Part shown: piece by piece, positions 26,229-36,593 of the stretch
Layout of the letters: the number at the start of each line of letters is the position of its first letter
Position numbering within the stretch: position 1 is the first letter of the stretch
NCBI GenBank assembly: GCA_964595885.1
Contig: CAZQSD010000002.1
Location: forward strand, 16,036 to 80,035
Origin: an uncultured Sangeribacter sp.
Lineage (GTDB): Bacteria > Bacteroidota > Bacteroidia > Bacteroidales > Muribaculaceae
Length of the DNA: 64,000 nt
Direction: 5' to 3'
The notes under the pieces: model-generated
Database searches by the model: none
What the model saw: only the letters and a program-made list of their open reading frames with translations
What the model was told of the DNA's origin: nothing
Position numbers and translations under genes: made by a program

Positions 26229-28373
26229 ATGAAAATTTATAAAACTAACGAAATCAAAAACATTGCCCTGATAGGATCAAAGGGCTCGGGAAAAACCACA
26301 CTTGCTGAGTCAATGCTCTTCGAGTGTGGGGTGATAAAACGTCGCGGCACAATTGCTGCCGGCAACACAGTGTCCGATTATTTCCCCGTTGAGAAAGAAT
26401 ATGGTTACTCTGTGTTTTCCACAGTTTTCAACGCCGAGTTCAATGGCAAAAAGCTCAATGTAATTGATTGTCCGGGAGCTGATGATTTCGTAGGCAATTC
26501 ATACACAGCACTCGGTGTATGCGACACGGGTGTTATAGTTGTTGATACAGAATATGGAGTTGAAGTGGGCACGCAGAATATTTTCCGTGCTACAGAACAA
26601 CTCAAAAAGCCTGTCATCTTTGCACTTAATCAGATTGATGGTGAAAAAGCTGATTATGATAATGCGCTTGAACAGCTTCGTGAGCACTTTGGCTCAAAAG
26701 TAGTTGCAGTGCAGTATCCTCTTGAATGCGGTCCTAACTTCCATTCAATGATCGATGTGCTTCTCATGAAAAAATATGAATGGGGTCCGGACGGAGGTGT
26801 GCCTACTGTAACCGATATACCAGCCGACCAGCTTGACAAAGCTAACGAACTTCACAATGCCCTTGTCGAAGCCGCTGCCGAGAATGATGAGACTCTGATG
26901 GATAAGTATTTCGAAGAAGGCCATCTCACTGAAGATGAAATGCGCGAAGGTATCCGTAAAGGTCTTATCAATCGTGATATCTATCCTGTGTTTATTGTCA
27001 GCGCTCTCAAAGACATGGCTGTGCGTCGCATGATGGAATTCCTTGGCAATGTGTGTCCTTTCGTGTCTGACATGCCCGCTCCGGAAACTATCAACGGAGA
27101 AGAAGTGGCTCCGGATGCTAAAGGTCCTCTGTCAGTGTTCTTCTTCAAGACTTCTGTGGAACCCCATATCGGCGAGGTATCATATTTTAAAGTAATGAGT
27201 GGTACGCTCAAAGCAGGCGCAGACCTTGAGAATGTTTCTCGTGGAGGCAAAGAGCGTCTTGCTCAGATCTTCACCGTTTGCGGTCAGTTACGCACTCCGA
27301 TTGATCAACTTGAGGCCGGCGACATAGGGGCTGCTGTCAAGCTGAAAGATGTGCGCACTGGCAACACTCTTGATGAAAAGGGTTGTGATTATCAGTTTGA
27401 CTTCATTAAGTATCCAGCCCCAAAATATATACGTGCCATTCGTCCGCTTACGGAAAGCGACTCAGAAAAGCTGATGAGTATCCTTACCCGTATGCATGAG
27501 GAGGATCCGACCTGGATCGTTGAGCAGAGTAAAGAGCTTAAGCAGACCCTTGTGAAAGGTCAGGGCGAATTCCATCTCCGTACACTCAAGTGGAGAATCG
27601 AGAATAACGATAAGCTTCCTATGGAATTCTTTGAGCCTAAAATTCCATATCGTGAGACAATCACAAAGGCAGCCCGTGCTGACTATCGTCATAAGAAACA
27701 GTCAGGCGGCTCCGGTCAGTTTGGTGAGGTGCATCTGATAATTGAACCCTACACTGAAGGAATGCCGGAACCCGATACCTACAAGTTTGGAAATCAGGAG
27801 TTCAAGCTCAATGTACGTGACAAGCAGGAAATACCTCTGGAATGGGGTGGCAAGCTCGTAGTCTACAACTGCATCGTAGGTGGTGCCATCGACGCACGCT
27901 TTATCCCCGCTATCGTGAAAGGACTTATGGATCGCATGGAGCAGGGGCCACTCACAGGATCTTATGCGCGTGACGTAAGAGTGATGATTTATGACGGTAA
28001 AATGCATCCGGTTGATTCAAATGAAATCTCATTCCGTCTGGCCGGTAGAAATGCTTTCTCTCAAGCATTTAAAAATGCGAATCCAAAAATCCTCGAACCC
28101 GTTTATGACGTTGAAGTTTTCACTTCCGGCGACACAATGGGCGATGTGATGAAAGACCTTCAAGGCCGTCGTGCCATAATCATGGGCATGGAAGCTGAAA
28201 AACTCAATGCAAAAGTGCCTCTTAAGGAAATGTCATCATATTCCACTTCTCTCAGTTCAATTACCGGCGGCCGCAGCTCATTCACAATGCAATTCGCATC
28301 CTATGAACTCGTGCCCGGTGATGTGCAGGAGAAACTCCTTAAGGAATATGCTGAGACCCAAGAGGAAGAATAA
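26229..28373 (+). CDS. Elongation factor G paralog (EF-G2-like) with degenerate GTPase motifs
   Basis: Full five-domain EF-G length. P-loop GSKGSGKTT. G3 reads DCPGADDF (canonical DTPGHVDF). G4 reads NQID (canonical NKxD). Start chosen at ATG 26229. Confidence 0.85.
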   Translation: MKIYKTNEIKNIALIGSKGSGKTTLAESMLFECGVIKRRGTIAAGNTVSDYFPVEKEYGYSVFSTVFNAEFNGKKLNVIDCPGADDFVGNSYTALGVCDTGVIVVDTEYGVEVGTQNIFRATEQLKKPVIFALNQIDGEKADYDNALEQLREHFGSKVVAVQYPLECGPNFHSMIDVLLMKKYEWGPDGGVPTVTDIPADQLDKANELHNALVEAAAENDETLMDKYFEEGHLTEDEMREGIRKGLINRDIYPVFIVSALKDMAVRRMMEFLGNVCPFVSDMPAPETINGEEVAPDAKGPLSVFFFKTSVEPHIGEVSYFKVMSGTLKAGADLENVSRGGKERLAQIFTVCGQLRTPIDQLEAGDIGAAVKLKDVRTGNTLDEKGCDYQFDFIKYPAPKYIRAIRPLTESDSEKLMSILTRMHEEDPTWIVEQSKELKQTLVKGQGEFHLRTLKWRIENNDKLPMEFFEPKIPYRETITKAARADYRHKKQSGGSGQFGEVHLIIEPYTEGMPEPDTYKFGNQEFKLNVRDKQEIPLEWGGKLVVYNCIVGGAIDARFIPAIVKGLMDRMEQGPLTGSYARDVRVMIYDGKMHPVDSNEISFRLAGRNAFSQAFKNANPKILEPVYDVEVFTSGDTMGDVMKDLQGRRAIIMGMEAEKLNAKVPLKEMSSYSTSLSSITGGRSSFTMQFASYELVPGDVQEKLLKEYAETQEEE

Positions 28374-28415
28374 TTATTTTTCATCCTTATTTCACCTGAC
28401 CACTAACTTAAAAGA

Positions 28416-28450
28416 GGGGCAACTGCATAGCAGTTGCCCCTTGCTTTTCT
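28416..28450 (+). terminator. Rho-independent terminator after the EF-G paralog
   Basis: GGGGCAACTGC (28416-28426) pairs with GCAGTTGCCCC (28430-28440), followed by TTGCTTTTCT. Confidence 0.75.
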
Positions 28451-28502
28451 CAGAATATTTCTTTTTGTTCACATCCAATTAATTATCTTAAAACACAATA
28501 GG

Positions 28503-28542
28503 TAAAAAAAGAAAGTCCGAATCGCAACCGATCCGGACTTTC
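28503..28542 (-). terminator. Rho-independent terminator after glgP (minus strand)
   Basis: GAAAGTCCGAATCG/CGATCCGGACTTTC stem (28511-28542, one mismatch). The minus strand then reads TTTTTTTACC. Confidence 0.7.
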
Positions 28543-28559
28543 ATATATTTGAATTTTTC

Positions 28560-31127
28560 TTAGAACCAACGTGTATATGCGAAATCCTGACGATGAGGAA
28601 GATCAGTATTATTAGGATACATACGGAGTGAATAACGGAAAACTCCGGCATTCGAGAGTTTGCTCTTCAACTCGTAAGTATAAACACTGCCCTCTTTATT
28701 TACAATTTTCAATGGCTCAGTGCCTACAAACTCACTTGATCCATCATGATCACGATATTTCACAACCTCTACTCCGATAGCATCGCCAAGGCCTTTTGTG
28801 TCAATCACACATTTTACCTCAATCGGATTGCCGGTGCGTACTGCAGAGTTGCCTACATACCCATCATTGACTTCTACGCTAAGAATCTCAACCTGATTCC
28901 ACTTGGAAGCAACCTCTTCTTTCCATGCCACAATTTCACGAGCCTTGGCATAGTTGTCTTTCTTCAAGATAGCAGAACGTTTTGCCTCCGGTGCATAAAG
29001 ACGTGAAATATAGTCATCAAGCTGACGCTTCATTGTGAAGTGAGGTGCGATATGACCGATTGAGCGCTTGATACGGTCGATCCATTCGGGACTATAGCCT
29101 TTGTAGTTCTTTTTGAAATACATTGGCACGATTTCATTTTCAAGCATCGAATATATGGTGGCTGCATCAAGACGGTCTTGTTGAGCCTGATCGGTATAAG
29201 TACGCTTTTCAGTGAGTGCCCAGCCGGCAAGCTCATCAAATTTATAACCCTCATACCACCAGCCGTCAAGCACGGAGAAGTTGAGTACACCATTCATCTC
29301 TGCTTTCTCACCGGATGTTCCGGATGCCTCAAGAGGGCGAGTCGGAGTGTTGAGCCAAATATCCACACCTGTCACAAGACGTTTAGCTACGATCATATTA
29401 TAGTCCTCGAGGAAGATTATCTTACCTAAGAACTGTGGCATCTTTGAGATCTCAACGATGCGTTTAATCAGACCTTGACCTGCTCCATCGGCAGGGTGAG
29501 CCTTGCCGGAGAAGATGAACTGAACAGGATACTTGTCATTATTAACGATTTTAGCCAGACGATCAAGATCAGTGAAAAGAAGATGCGCACGTTTATAAGT
29601 GGCAAAACGGCGGGCGAAACCTATAATAAGGGCATTAGGATTGATCTTCTCAAGAATATTAACCACTGCACCCGGATCACCCTGATTCTTAAGCCATTTC
29701 TCTTTGAAATCTTTCTTTACGAAGTTGACAAACTTGTGTTTCAAAGTCATTCGCATATTCCAGATTTCGTCATCAGGCACATTGAATATACCTTTCCAGG
29801 CCTCAGGATCGCTCTGGTTTTCAAACATCTTCTCACCAAGCTTCTCCATGTAGAATTGCTTCCACTCAGAAGCTGCCCATGTAGGCATATGTACACCATT
29901 AGTGACATAGGTCACGTGTGACTCATCAGGTCCATAACCTTTCCAAACACCGGCAAACATTTTCTTAGAAACCTCACCATGAAGCCAGCTCACACCATTA
30001 GCTTCCTGACATGTGTTAAGGGCGAACACACTCATTGAGAAACGCTCTGGTGAATCCGGATTCTCACGACCCATATTCATGAGATCACTCCAAGAAATGC
30101 CGAGTTTAGCCGGATACTCACCCAGATACTTGCCAATCAAGCTCTCCTCGAAATAGTCGTGGCCGGCAGACACAGGAGTATGGACAGTGTAGAGAGAACT
30201 GGCGCGAACCACTTCAAGGGCAACATTAAACGGCAAATTCTCTTTCTGCACATAATCAACAAGACGCTGCAGGTTAAGAAGTGCAGCATGACCTTCATTG
30301 GCATGATAGATGTCAGTATGTATGCCAAGACGATTGAGCATGTAGATACCGCCGATACCAAGCAAATACTCCTGTTTCATACGGTTTTCCCAATCGCCAC
30401 CATAAAGCTTATGAGTGATTGGACGATCATATTCAGAGTTCATGTCGAAATCAGTATCAAGGAGATACAGATTCATTCGGCCTACATTTACACGCCATAC
30501 ATGACAATAAATTTTACGACCTGGGAAAGGCACCTCAAGAATCATAGGTTGACCATCTTCACCGAGCACTGCCTCAATTGGAAGCTGATCAAAATTCTGG
30601 GGCTCATAATTTGCAATCTGCTGGCCATCTATTGAAAGTGTCTGAGCAAAATAGCCATATCTGTATAGGAAACCTACCGCTGTCATGGGCACCTTGCTGT
30701 CAGAAGCCTGCTTGATATAATCACCCGCAAGCACACCAAGGCCACCGGAATAGATCTTAAGACAGTTGCAAAGACCATATTCCATTGAGAAATAAGCAAC
30801 CGACGGAATGTCGTTTCGCATTGGCTGCGCCATATATTCCTTAAACATCCCATACACATGGTTGATTCTCTCCATCATTGTTGCATCGGCGAGAACTTCC
30901 TCAAGACGTGTAGAGCTGATTTGCTGAAGAAGCATAACAGGATTTTCTCCTACATTGCGCCACAGATCGTGGTCAAGGTCGCGGAACAGATTCTTACCTT
31001 CACTGTTCCATACCCACCAAAGATTCTTCGAGAGTTCTTCAAGTGGTTTTAGTTCTTTGGGGAGCTCAGCGCTTACTGTAATGTTGCGCCATACGGGCTC
31101 ATTTGTGTTGCTAACCTGAAGTTTCAT
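28560..31127 (-). CDS. glgP: Alpha-glucan (glycogen/maltodextrin) phosphorylase, long GlgP-family form
   Basis: 855 aa. Contains YFSMEYGL…GGLGVLAGD, and [25 protein letters not shown] (the PLP-lysine region of GT35 phosphorylases). Confidence 0.9.
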   Translation of the reverse strand: MKLQVSNTNEPVWRNITVSAELPKELKPLEELSKNLWWVWNSEGKNLFRDLDHDLWRNVGENPVMLLQQISSTRLEEVLADATMMERINHVYGMFKEYMAQPMRNDIPSVAYFSMEYGLCNCLKIYSGGLGVLAGDYIKQASDSKVPMTAVGFLYRYGYFAQTLSIDGQQIANYEPQNFDQLPIEAVLGEDGQPMILEVPFPGRKIYCHVWRVNVGRMNLYLLDTDFDMNSEYDRPITHKLYGGDWENRMKQEYLLGIGGIYMLNRLGIHTDIYHANEGHAALLNLQRLVDYVQKENLPFNVALEVVRASSLYTVHTPVSAGHDYFEESLIGKYLGEYPAKLGISWSDLMNMGRENPDSPERFSMSVFALNTCQEANGVSWLHGEVSKKMFAGVWKGYGPDESHVTYVTNGVHMPTWAASEWKQFYMEKLGEKMFENQSDPEAWKGIFNVPDDEIWNMRMTLKHKFVNFVKKDFKEKWLKNQGDPGAVVNILEKINPNALIIGFARRFATYKRAHLLFTDLDRLAKIVNNDKYPVQFIFSGKAHPADGAGQGLIKRIVEISKMPQFLGKIIFLEDYNMIVAKRLVTGVDIWLNTPTRPLEASGTSGEKAEMNGVLNFSVLDGWWYEGYKFDELAGWALTEKRTYTDQAQQDRLDAATIYSMLENEIVPMYFKKNYKGYSPEWIDRIKRSIGHIAPHFTMKRQLDDYISRLYAPEAKRSAILKKDNYAKAREIVAWKEEVASKWNQVEILSVEVNDGYVGNSAVRTGNPIEVKCVIDTKGLGDAIGVEVVKYRDHDGSSEFVGTEPLKIVNKEGSVYTYELKSKLSNAGVFRYSLRMYPNNTDLPHRQDFAYTRWF

Positions 31128-31163
31128 TTTAAAACTATTGTTTGTTACTGATTTTTCTACTTA

Positions 31164-32828
31164 TTATTTTTGTCTTTCGTCACGACGGCGTGAAGCAACC
31201 TTAAAAGCTTCATCATAAGCTGAAATAAAGAATTTCCAGTCGGCACGTTGTGATGTCTCAGAAGCTGCCTTTGAAGCACCTTTCACCTCTTCCTCATTCG
31301 CAGAAGTAAAGGAATACAACTGGTTGGCTATCTCATATGCAGCTTGCGAATAATTGGAATCGCCTCTTCCGACAACCTTAACGCCACAGGCAAAAATTGA
31401 GTTCACGAAATTGGAAAGAATCCATTGTCCGAAACCGCTCTTATCGGTAGTGATAGTAGGCACTCCGAAAGCTATGCTCTCAAGAGGAGTATATCCCCAG
31501 GGTTCATAATATGAAGCGAAAACTGTGAGATCAAGAGCGGGGAGCAGGTCATAATAGGAAATATTTACTATCCCATCTTTACCATCAAGATAACAAGGAA
31601 TATAGATAACCTCTACCCTATTCTTGAGCCTACCGTTATGCTCAAGTTGCACTATCCGACACGTAGCTGCATCCGACTCCTCATTATTAAGTCGATGAGT
31701 GAGGAAATCAGGATCTCCTGACAATTGCGTCTGCTCTTTAAGAGCATTTTTAAGTTCTTCTGATGCCTCCTTTACCCAGGCAGGAACCAATATTAAGGCA
31801 AGAACTTGCCTGTCAGGATTCATGCCTTCAAGTTCAGTCAACGAGTCAAGATAAAGATCTAAACCCTTGTTTCTATATTCATTACGACCGGAAGTGGCCA
31901 CAATCAATGTGTCTTCCGGATAAGCCCTTCCTTTAAGGGCTGAGGCAATAGAAAGCAAGGTTTTCCTTCCTTCTTTACGGAGTTTAGAATATTTTGAATC
32001 GCCTGGCACGAAATCAGGTTCAAATCCGTTAGGGGTAACGACCTGAGGACGAATGTCAAGCAACTGTTCGCATTCGCGTGCTGTCACTTCACTGACAGCT
32101 GTAAAGCAATCCGCCTGATGGGCTGCTGTCTTTTCCAAAGAATGCTTTGCTTCCATATTAAGTTCGCGTGCCATCTGGTCACCATTATATCCGGTGAAAT
32201 AATCATATAATGGTTTCCCGTTGCCGCAAATGCTTCTACCGATACTTGTAGCATGAGTAGTGAATATGGTCGAGGCATCCGGAGTAGTCATCTTTAGATA
32301 GAGAAGCCCCATTGCCGTGGTCCATTCATTAAAATGAGCCATAAGCCCTTTAGGATTGACTTTAAGATGGCGTGTGAGTGCATCCATTACTATGGCAGAT
32401 GCAACGGCAAAAGCACACCCCTCATGGTAGTCTCCATAGGCGTGCATTGAGTCAACACCATAGAGTTCCCACATCTTGCCGAATATACTATTAAGCTGCT
32501 CGTATACACCTTCAAATTTTACTAATACAACCTGAGGAGAGCCGGGAATGTTCCAGCGACCGGTCCTGATCGTGATGCCATATGGGAGGGTCAGTTTTGA
32601 AGATGCCGATTTAAGAAGTGTCTTGCGTTCTACGAAATATGGAGAACTATTCTCTGATGTCCAGACATCCGGACCGATAAAAATCAATTTGTCTCCAAAT
32701 TTTTCCTGTAAAACGCGGGCTTTAGTAGAGAGGACAGTATATATGCCCCCAATCTTGTTACACACTTCCCAACTTGTCTCCATAAGGAGATCAATATTGT
32801 CGCGATTCACTCGCTTGACCTTTTGCAT
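31164..32828 (-). CDS. Glycogen synthase, GT3 (eukaryote-like) family
   Basis: N-terminal ETSWEVCNKIGGIYTVLSTKA resembles the animal/fungal glycogen synthase motif (EVAWEVANKVGGIYTV). 554 aa. Adjacent to the phosphorylase gene. Confidence 0.85.
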   Translation of the reverse strand: MQKVKRVNRDNIDLLMETSWEVCNKIGGIYTVLSTKARVLQEKFGDKLIFIGPDVWTSENSSPYFVERKTLLKSASSKLTLPYGITIRTGRWNIPGSPQVVLVKFEGVYEQLNSIFGKMWELYGVDSMHAYGDYHEGCAFAVASAIVMDALTRHLKVNPKGLMAHFNEWTTAMGLLYLKMTTPDASTIFTTHATSIGRSICGNGKPLYDYFTGYNGDQMARELNMEAKHSLEKTAAHQADCFTAVSEVTARECEQLLDIRPQVVTPNGFEPDFVPGDSKYSKLRKEGRKTLLSIASALKGRAYPEDTLIVATSGRNEYRNKGLDLYLDSLTELEGMNPDRQVLALILVPAWVKEASEELKNALKEQTQLSGDPDFLTHRLNNEESDAATCRIVQLEHNGRLKNRVEVIYIPCYLDGKDGIVNISYYDLLPALDLTVFASYYEPWGYTPLESIAFGVPTITTDKSGFGQWILSNFVNSIFACGVKVVGRGDSNYSQAAYEIANQLYSFTSANEEEVKGASKAASETSQRADWKFFISAYDEAFKVASRRRDERQK

Positions 32829-32999
32829 AGTCTTGTGATATCTTTTTTACCTTAAAGCTGTTATCTTGGAAACTATAACGAAAGAATATAATGTCCGAGA
32901 TATGACAGCATTTATAATTTCTATATCAATTATCGTTCAAAACGATGATTTCTGTTATGCTCCTCTCAGAGAAGAACAAATGATTTTTCCTGTCGGCTG

Positions 33000-33007
33000 C
33001 AAAATTA
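33000..33007 (-). promoter_or_regulatory. -7 promoter box (TAATTTTG on the minus strand) upstream of the glycogen synthase gene
   Basis: The plus strand reads CAAAATTA, about 170 nt upstream of the ATG at 32828. Confidence 0.4.
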
Positions 33008-33048
33008 CAAAAAAACAATGAAATAGACAAATGGCAGTTATAAAAAAG

Positions 33049-33092
33049 GTTAAAAATAACGGTTCACGACATTATGTTTGTCATGAACCGTT
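33049..33092 (-). terminator. Rho-independent terminator after the DUF3127 gene (minus strand)
   Basis: 13-bp stem pairing 33058-33070 with 33080-33092 (one G-U on the minus strand). The minus strand then reads ATTTTTAACC. Confidence 0.7.
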
Positions 33093-33104
33093 AGGTTGAA
33101 ATCT

Positions 33105-33539
33105 TTAGAAAGGAAGGTCTTCCTCACTGTTGGCCGGAGGAGCAGTAAAGGTAGGCTGCTGCGGCACACCGAAAACCGGAGCGCCCGGCTGTGGGAAACC
33201 ACCTTGAGGCGCACCATATCCCATTGTGGGCTCGTTGCCATATGGCTGTACAGGAGGCACATTGTTTGGATTAACATAATCACGTGCAGCATACACACTT
33301 ACATCAGTATACCATCTCCCGTTAAACTCTCTGCTCTCCAAATCAAATGACACTGTGTAATCTTTACCCAGCTCAAATCTGATTGTATCAGCACGGTCAC
33401 CAAAAATGTGGAATTTTACTTTTCTTGGATATGAGCCGAACGTCTCAAGCACCCACTCCTTTTTCTTCCACGGATTGCCCGCTTTCGATGTGCCGGTCTG
33501 CATTGGAAGATCCAGAATTATTCTTCCATCTATTTCCAT
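33105..33539 (-). CDS. DUF3127-family protein with an SSB-like disordered linker and acidic C-terminal tip
   Basis: Compact ~88-aa N-terminal domain (MEIDGRIILDLPMQTGTSKAGNPWKKKEWVLETF…), then a P/Q/G-rich tail ending in SEEDLPF. Confidence 0.8.
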   Translation of the reverse strand: MEIDGRIILDLPMQTGTSKAGNPWKKKEWVLETFGSYPRKVKFHIFGDRADTIRFELGKDYTVSFDLESREFNGRWYTDVSVYAARDYVNPNNVPPVQPYGNEPTMGYGAPQGGFPQPGAPVFGVPQQPTFTAPPANSEEDLPF

Positions 33540-33706
33540 AATATTAACGTATATTAGTTGTTTTTATCTGAATTTAAGGGCGTAACTTAGCTAAGAATAG
33601 CTATCTTACGCCTGGGTATAGAGTGCGAAATTAATATTTTTTACTATATTTTCCAAATATCCGGGCAGGAATTTATTTTTAGATAAGCTTTTTCAGCTTG
33701 TTCCCC

Positions 33707-34246
33707 TCAATCTGCTGATTTGGGAACTCTGCCAAACATTATGAAAGTGCGTTCATAATAAGGTGTGGAGATCTCTGAAATAACCACTCCCTTTTTTGTA
33801 GAAGCATGTATGAAACGGTTATTGTCAATCATGATTCCCACATGAGAAATTTTATGGGGATCCTTTCCGGTGGCAAAAAAGGCAAGATCTCCCGGCCTCA
33901 CATCTTTTTTCTTTAGCTTTTCGCAGAACTCCGCCTGTTGAAGCGATGTGCGCGGAAGTTTAATGGAGGTAATGGTCTCATACACTTTACATACCATTCC
34001 CGAACAGTCTGAGCCCTTTCCTTTTTCATGACCACCGTATTTATATGGAGTCCCGATCCACGACTGTGCCTCCTCTACAATCTTTTTCTCCATCCCTTTC
34101 AAATTAGCAGTCGCCCGGACAGTCTCCACAACAACGGGATCAGTTTTTTTATGAGATGACTTGCATCCGGTGGCCACCAGAAGAAAGAATAGGATTAAGA
34201 TGTATGTAAATCTGTAATAATAATTGTTTTTAAGAATCATTGCCAT
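33707..34246 (-). CDS. NlpC/P60 (C40) family cell-wall peptidase lipoprotein
   Basis: Lipobox (LVATGC). Catalytic Cys motif GSDCSGMV and a downstream HVGIM…HAS. Confidence 0.85.
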   Translation of the reverse strand: MAMILKNNYYYRFTYILILFFLLVATGCKSSHKKTDPVVVETVRATANLKGMEKKIVEEAQSWIGTPYKYGGHEKGKGSDCSGMVCKVYETITSIKLPRTSLQQAEFCEKLKKKDVRPGDLAFFATGKDPHKISHVGIMIDNNRFIHASTKKGVVISEISTPYYERTFIMFGRVPKSAD

Positions 34247-34306
34247 TTATAATAAATGATCTTATATTTTATATTTTCCTTCCATCATCCTTATCCATCT
34301 TTTTTG

Positions 34307-34314
34307 CAAATTTA
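34307..34314 (-). promoter_or_regulatory. -7 promoter box (TAAATTTG on the minus strand) for the NlpC/P60 gene
   Basis: The plus strand reads CAAATTTA, 61 nt upstream of the ATG at 34246. Confidence 0.5.
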
Positions 34315-34348
34315 CAGATTTTTTCTCACACATTGAAAAATCTGGCTA

Positions 34349-34380
34349 ACAAAAACCGCCTGTCTTGAGTGAGGACAGGC
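34349..34380 (-). terminator. Probable terminator after the GH92 gene (minus strand)
   Basis: GCCTGTC (34358-34364) pairs with GACAGGC (34374-34380). The minus strand then reads GGTTTTTGTT. Confidence 0.5.
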
Positions 34381-34421
34381 AGTCTTTACTAATACCTTGA
34401 CTGTTTTCTTGCGCATTTAAA

Positions 34422-36593
34422 CTAATTACGCATTTTAAATTGAAGCAGTCCGCCTTCCATTATATCAGAATAATCAATGAAGCGGTTTTCAAGCTCTTTG
34501 CCATTCAGTATGGCTTTTTCAATATACTTCTGTCCACGAGAGGTTCCTTCAGCCACTATACGGAATGTGCCACCGGGCACACTTATCTCCGCCTCCGAAA
34601 ACAAAGGCATGCCAAACCAATAGCGTCCACTTCCCGGCTCCACTTCATATAGCCCAAGAGCCGACAAAACATACCATGCCGACATTTGTCCTACATCTTC
34701 ATTGCCGCAAATACCATCCGGAGCTATACTATACATCGTAGAGAGTATCTCACTGATCTTATCCGCAGTCTTGTCAGGATAACCAAGCATAGTGTAAATA
34801 TATGCCGTATGATGTCCAGGCTCATTTCCATGAGCATACTGCCCTATCATGCCTGACACATCCGGAGAGATCTGTTCTCCCTCCAGAACTGAATTCACCA
34901 AGAATAAGGAATCAAGTTTGGATAACATCCTTTCATCAGATCCAAAACAGTCGCGCAATCCATTCACATCGTGTGGCACAAGCCAAGTGTACTGCCAGGC
35001 AGTCCCCTCACAATAATCGTTTTCACGGTGAGACGCATCAAAGACATTGAAAGGCGTGCGCCACTTCCCTTTGCTATCCTTACCACGCATGAACCCTATA
35101 GTGGCATCAAAATAATATCTATAGGAATGACTGCGATCATTAAAATATTTGTAAGTAACACTGTCTCCCATGACAAGAGCCGCCTGTGCCACTGCCCAAT
35201 CAGCCAATGCATATTCCATGTCGAAAGCCACTGATTCCTTCGGAAAGAGATCAAACGGTATATAACCATATTTCTGACGTAACCCATTCCCTCTGATAGT
35301 GTCCATAGCAGTGGAAATAAGCGCTTTATAGGCACGGTTATTGTCAACTCCTGATATTTTTTTTACAATTGCATCAGCCACCACAACCAATCCCGGATTC
35401 CCTACCATACAATCTGTCTCGCACCCCCATAGATGCCATACCGGCAACCGCCCTTGCTGATCACATATATCTATCATTGTGTTGATCATATCCGCATACC
35501 TCTCAGGATGGATTATGCTGAGCAGAGGCATCGCAGCCCTATAAGTGTCCCAAAGGGAAAAGGTTGTATAGATGGATTTATCATGACCTTTGACAATTAT
35601 CCCATCAGCCCCACGATAATCTCCGTTGACATCACAAAACTCAGAGGGAGCAATCATAGTGTGATATAAAGATGTATAGAATATTTTTTCCTCATTTTCA
35701 GTGGCTCCCTTAATCTTAATCTTTCCTAATTCCTCATTCCATTTATAATCGGCAAGCTTTACAGCGGAGTCAAAATCCCAGTCAGGCAATTCTGCCTTCA
35801 TATTGGCAATGGCTCCTTCAACCGACACAGGTGATAACGCCACTTTCATTAATATCGGTTCTGAAGAGTTTGTGGTGAAGCTGACACGCCCAAATAAGCC
35901 ATCGTCACCCTTTATCTCAAAACCATCGAACGGACGGGAAAAATCAGCTACGAAATATACTTTCTGATCTTTTGCCCACCCATGAGAATGGCGCCAGCCT
36001 TGGATACGTGTATCACCCATCGCCTCCATATGCACATCATTAGGCGTATCCCAGTTGCCTCCGTTCTGAAGATCAAAGACTATGGCTGCCTCCTCTGAAT
36101 CAGGAAACGAATAGCGATGGAATCCAACACGTGATGTGGAAGTCATTTCAGCATTTATACCATATCGGGTAAGCGGTACTGAGTAATAACCGGGCCGTAC
36201 AATCTCACGGGTCCGGTCAGCGTATGACCATAATCCCGACCCAATAGAGTCTACGCAGCCACGATCATAGACCACATCTTTACCAACTATGGGCATCACA
36301 GTTATGTCAAGGAGGTCGCCGCAGCCGGTGCCAGACAGATGGGTGTGAGAAAAACCGATTATTGTAGAATCACTCTCGTGATAGCCGGAACACCAATCCC
36401 AGCCTTGTTTAACGCTGGTAGGGCCAACCTGTACCATCCCAAAAGGCACATTCGCTCCAACAAATACATGACCATGCCCGCCTGAACCTATTTTCGGATC
36501 AACTCTCTCAGTCAGCGACATCGGTTTTTGAATTCCTGAGCAAGCTACAAGAAGGGCTGAACTAATGATATATATTATGGAATATCTCTTCAT
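34422..36593 (-). CDS. GH92-family alpha-mannosidase
   Basis: 723 aa. Contains GSGGHGHVFVGANVPFGMVQVGPTS and GFSHTHLSGTGCGDL, typical of GH92. Signal/lipoprotein N-terminus. Confidence 0.9.
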   Translation of the reverse strand: MKRYSIIYIISSALLVACSGIQKPMSLTERVDPKIGSGGHGHVFVGANVPFGMVQVGPTSVKQGWDWCSGYHESDSTIIGFSHTHLSGTGCGDLLDITVMPIVGKDVVYDRGCVDSIGSGLWSYADRTREIVRPGYYSVPLTRYGINAEMTSTSRVGFHRYSFPDSEEAAIVFDLQNGGNWDTPNDVHMEAMGDTRIQGWRHSHGWAKDQKVYFVADFSRPFDGFEIKGDDGLFGRVSFTTNSSEPILMKVALSPVSVEGAIANMKAELPDWDFDSAVKLADYKWNEELGKIKIKGATENEEKIFYTSLYHTMIAPSEFCDVNGDYRGADGIIVKGHDKSIYTTFSLWDTYRAAMPLLSIIHPERYADMINTMIDICDQQGRLPVWHLWGCETDCMVGNPGLVVVADAIVKKISGVDNNRAYKALISTAMDTIRGNGLRQKYGYIPFDLFPKESVAFDMEYALADWAVAQAALVMGDSVTYKYFNDRSHSYRYYFDATIGFMRGKDSKGKWRTPFNVFDASHRENDYCEGTAWQYTWLVPHDVNGLRDCFGSDERMLSKLDSLFLVNSVLEGEQISPDVSGMIGQYAHGNEPGHHTAYIYTMLGYPDKTADKISEILSTMYSIAPDGICGNEDVGQMSAWYVLSALGLYEVEPGSGRYWFGMPLFSEAEISVPGGTFRIVAEGTSRGQKYIEKAILNGKELENRFIDYSDIMEGGLLQFKMRN

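Noticed and set aside
33050-33350. ORFs 33050-33298 (-) and 33096-33350 (+) overlapping the DUF3127 gene and its terminator.
   Set aside because: They are out-of-frame or antisense overlaps with a well-supported gene, and they are rich in rare residue patterns. The region is explained by the DUF3127 CDS plus its terminator.
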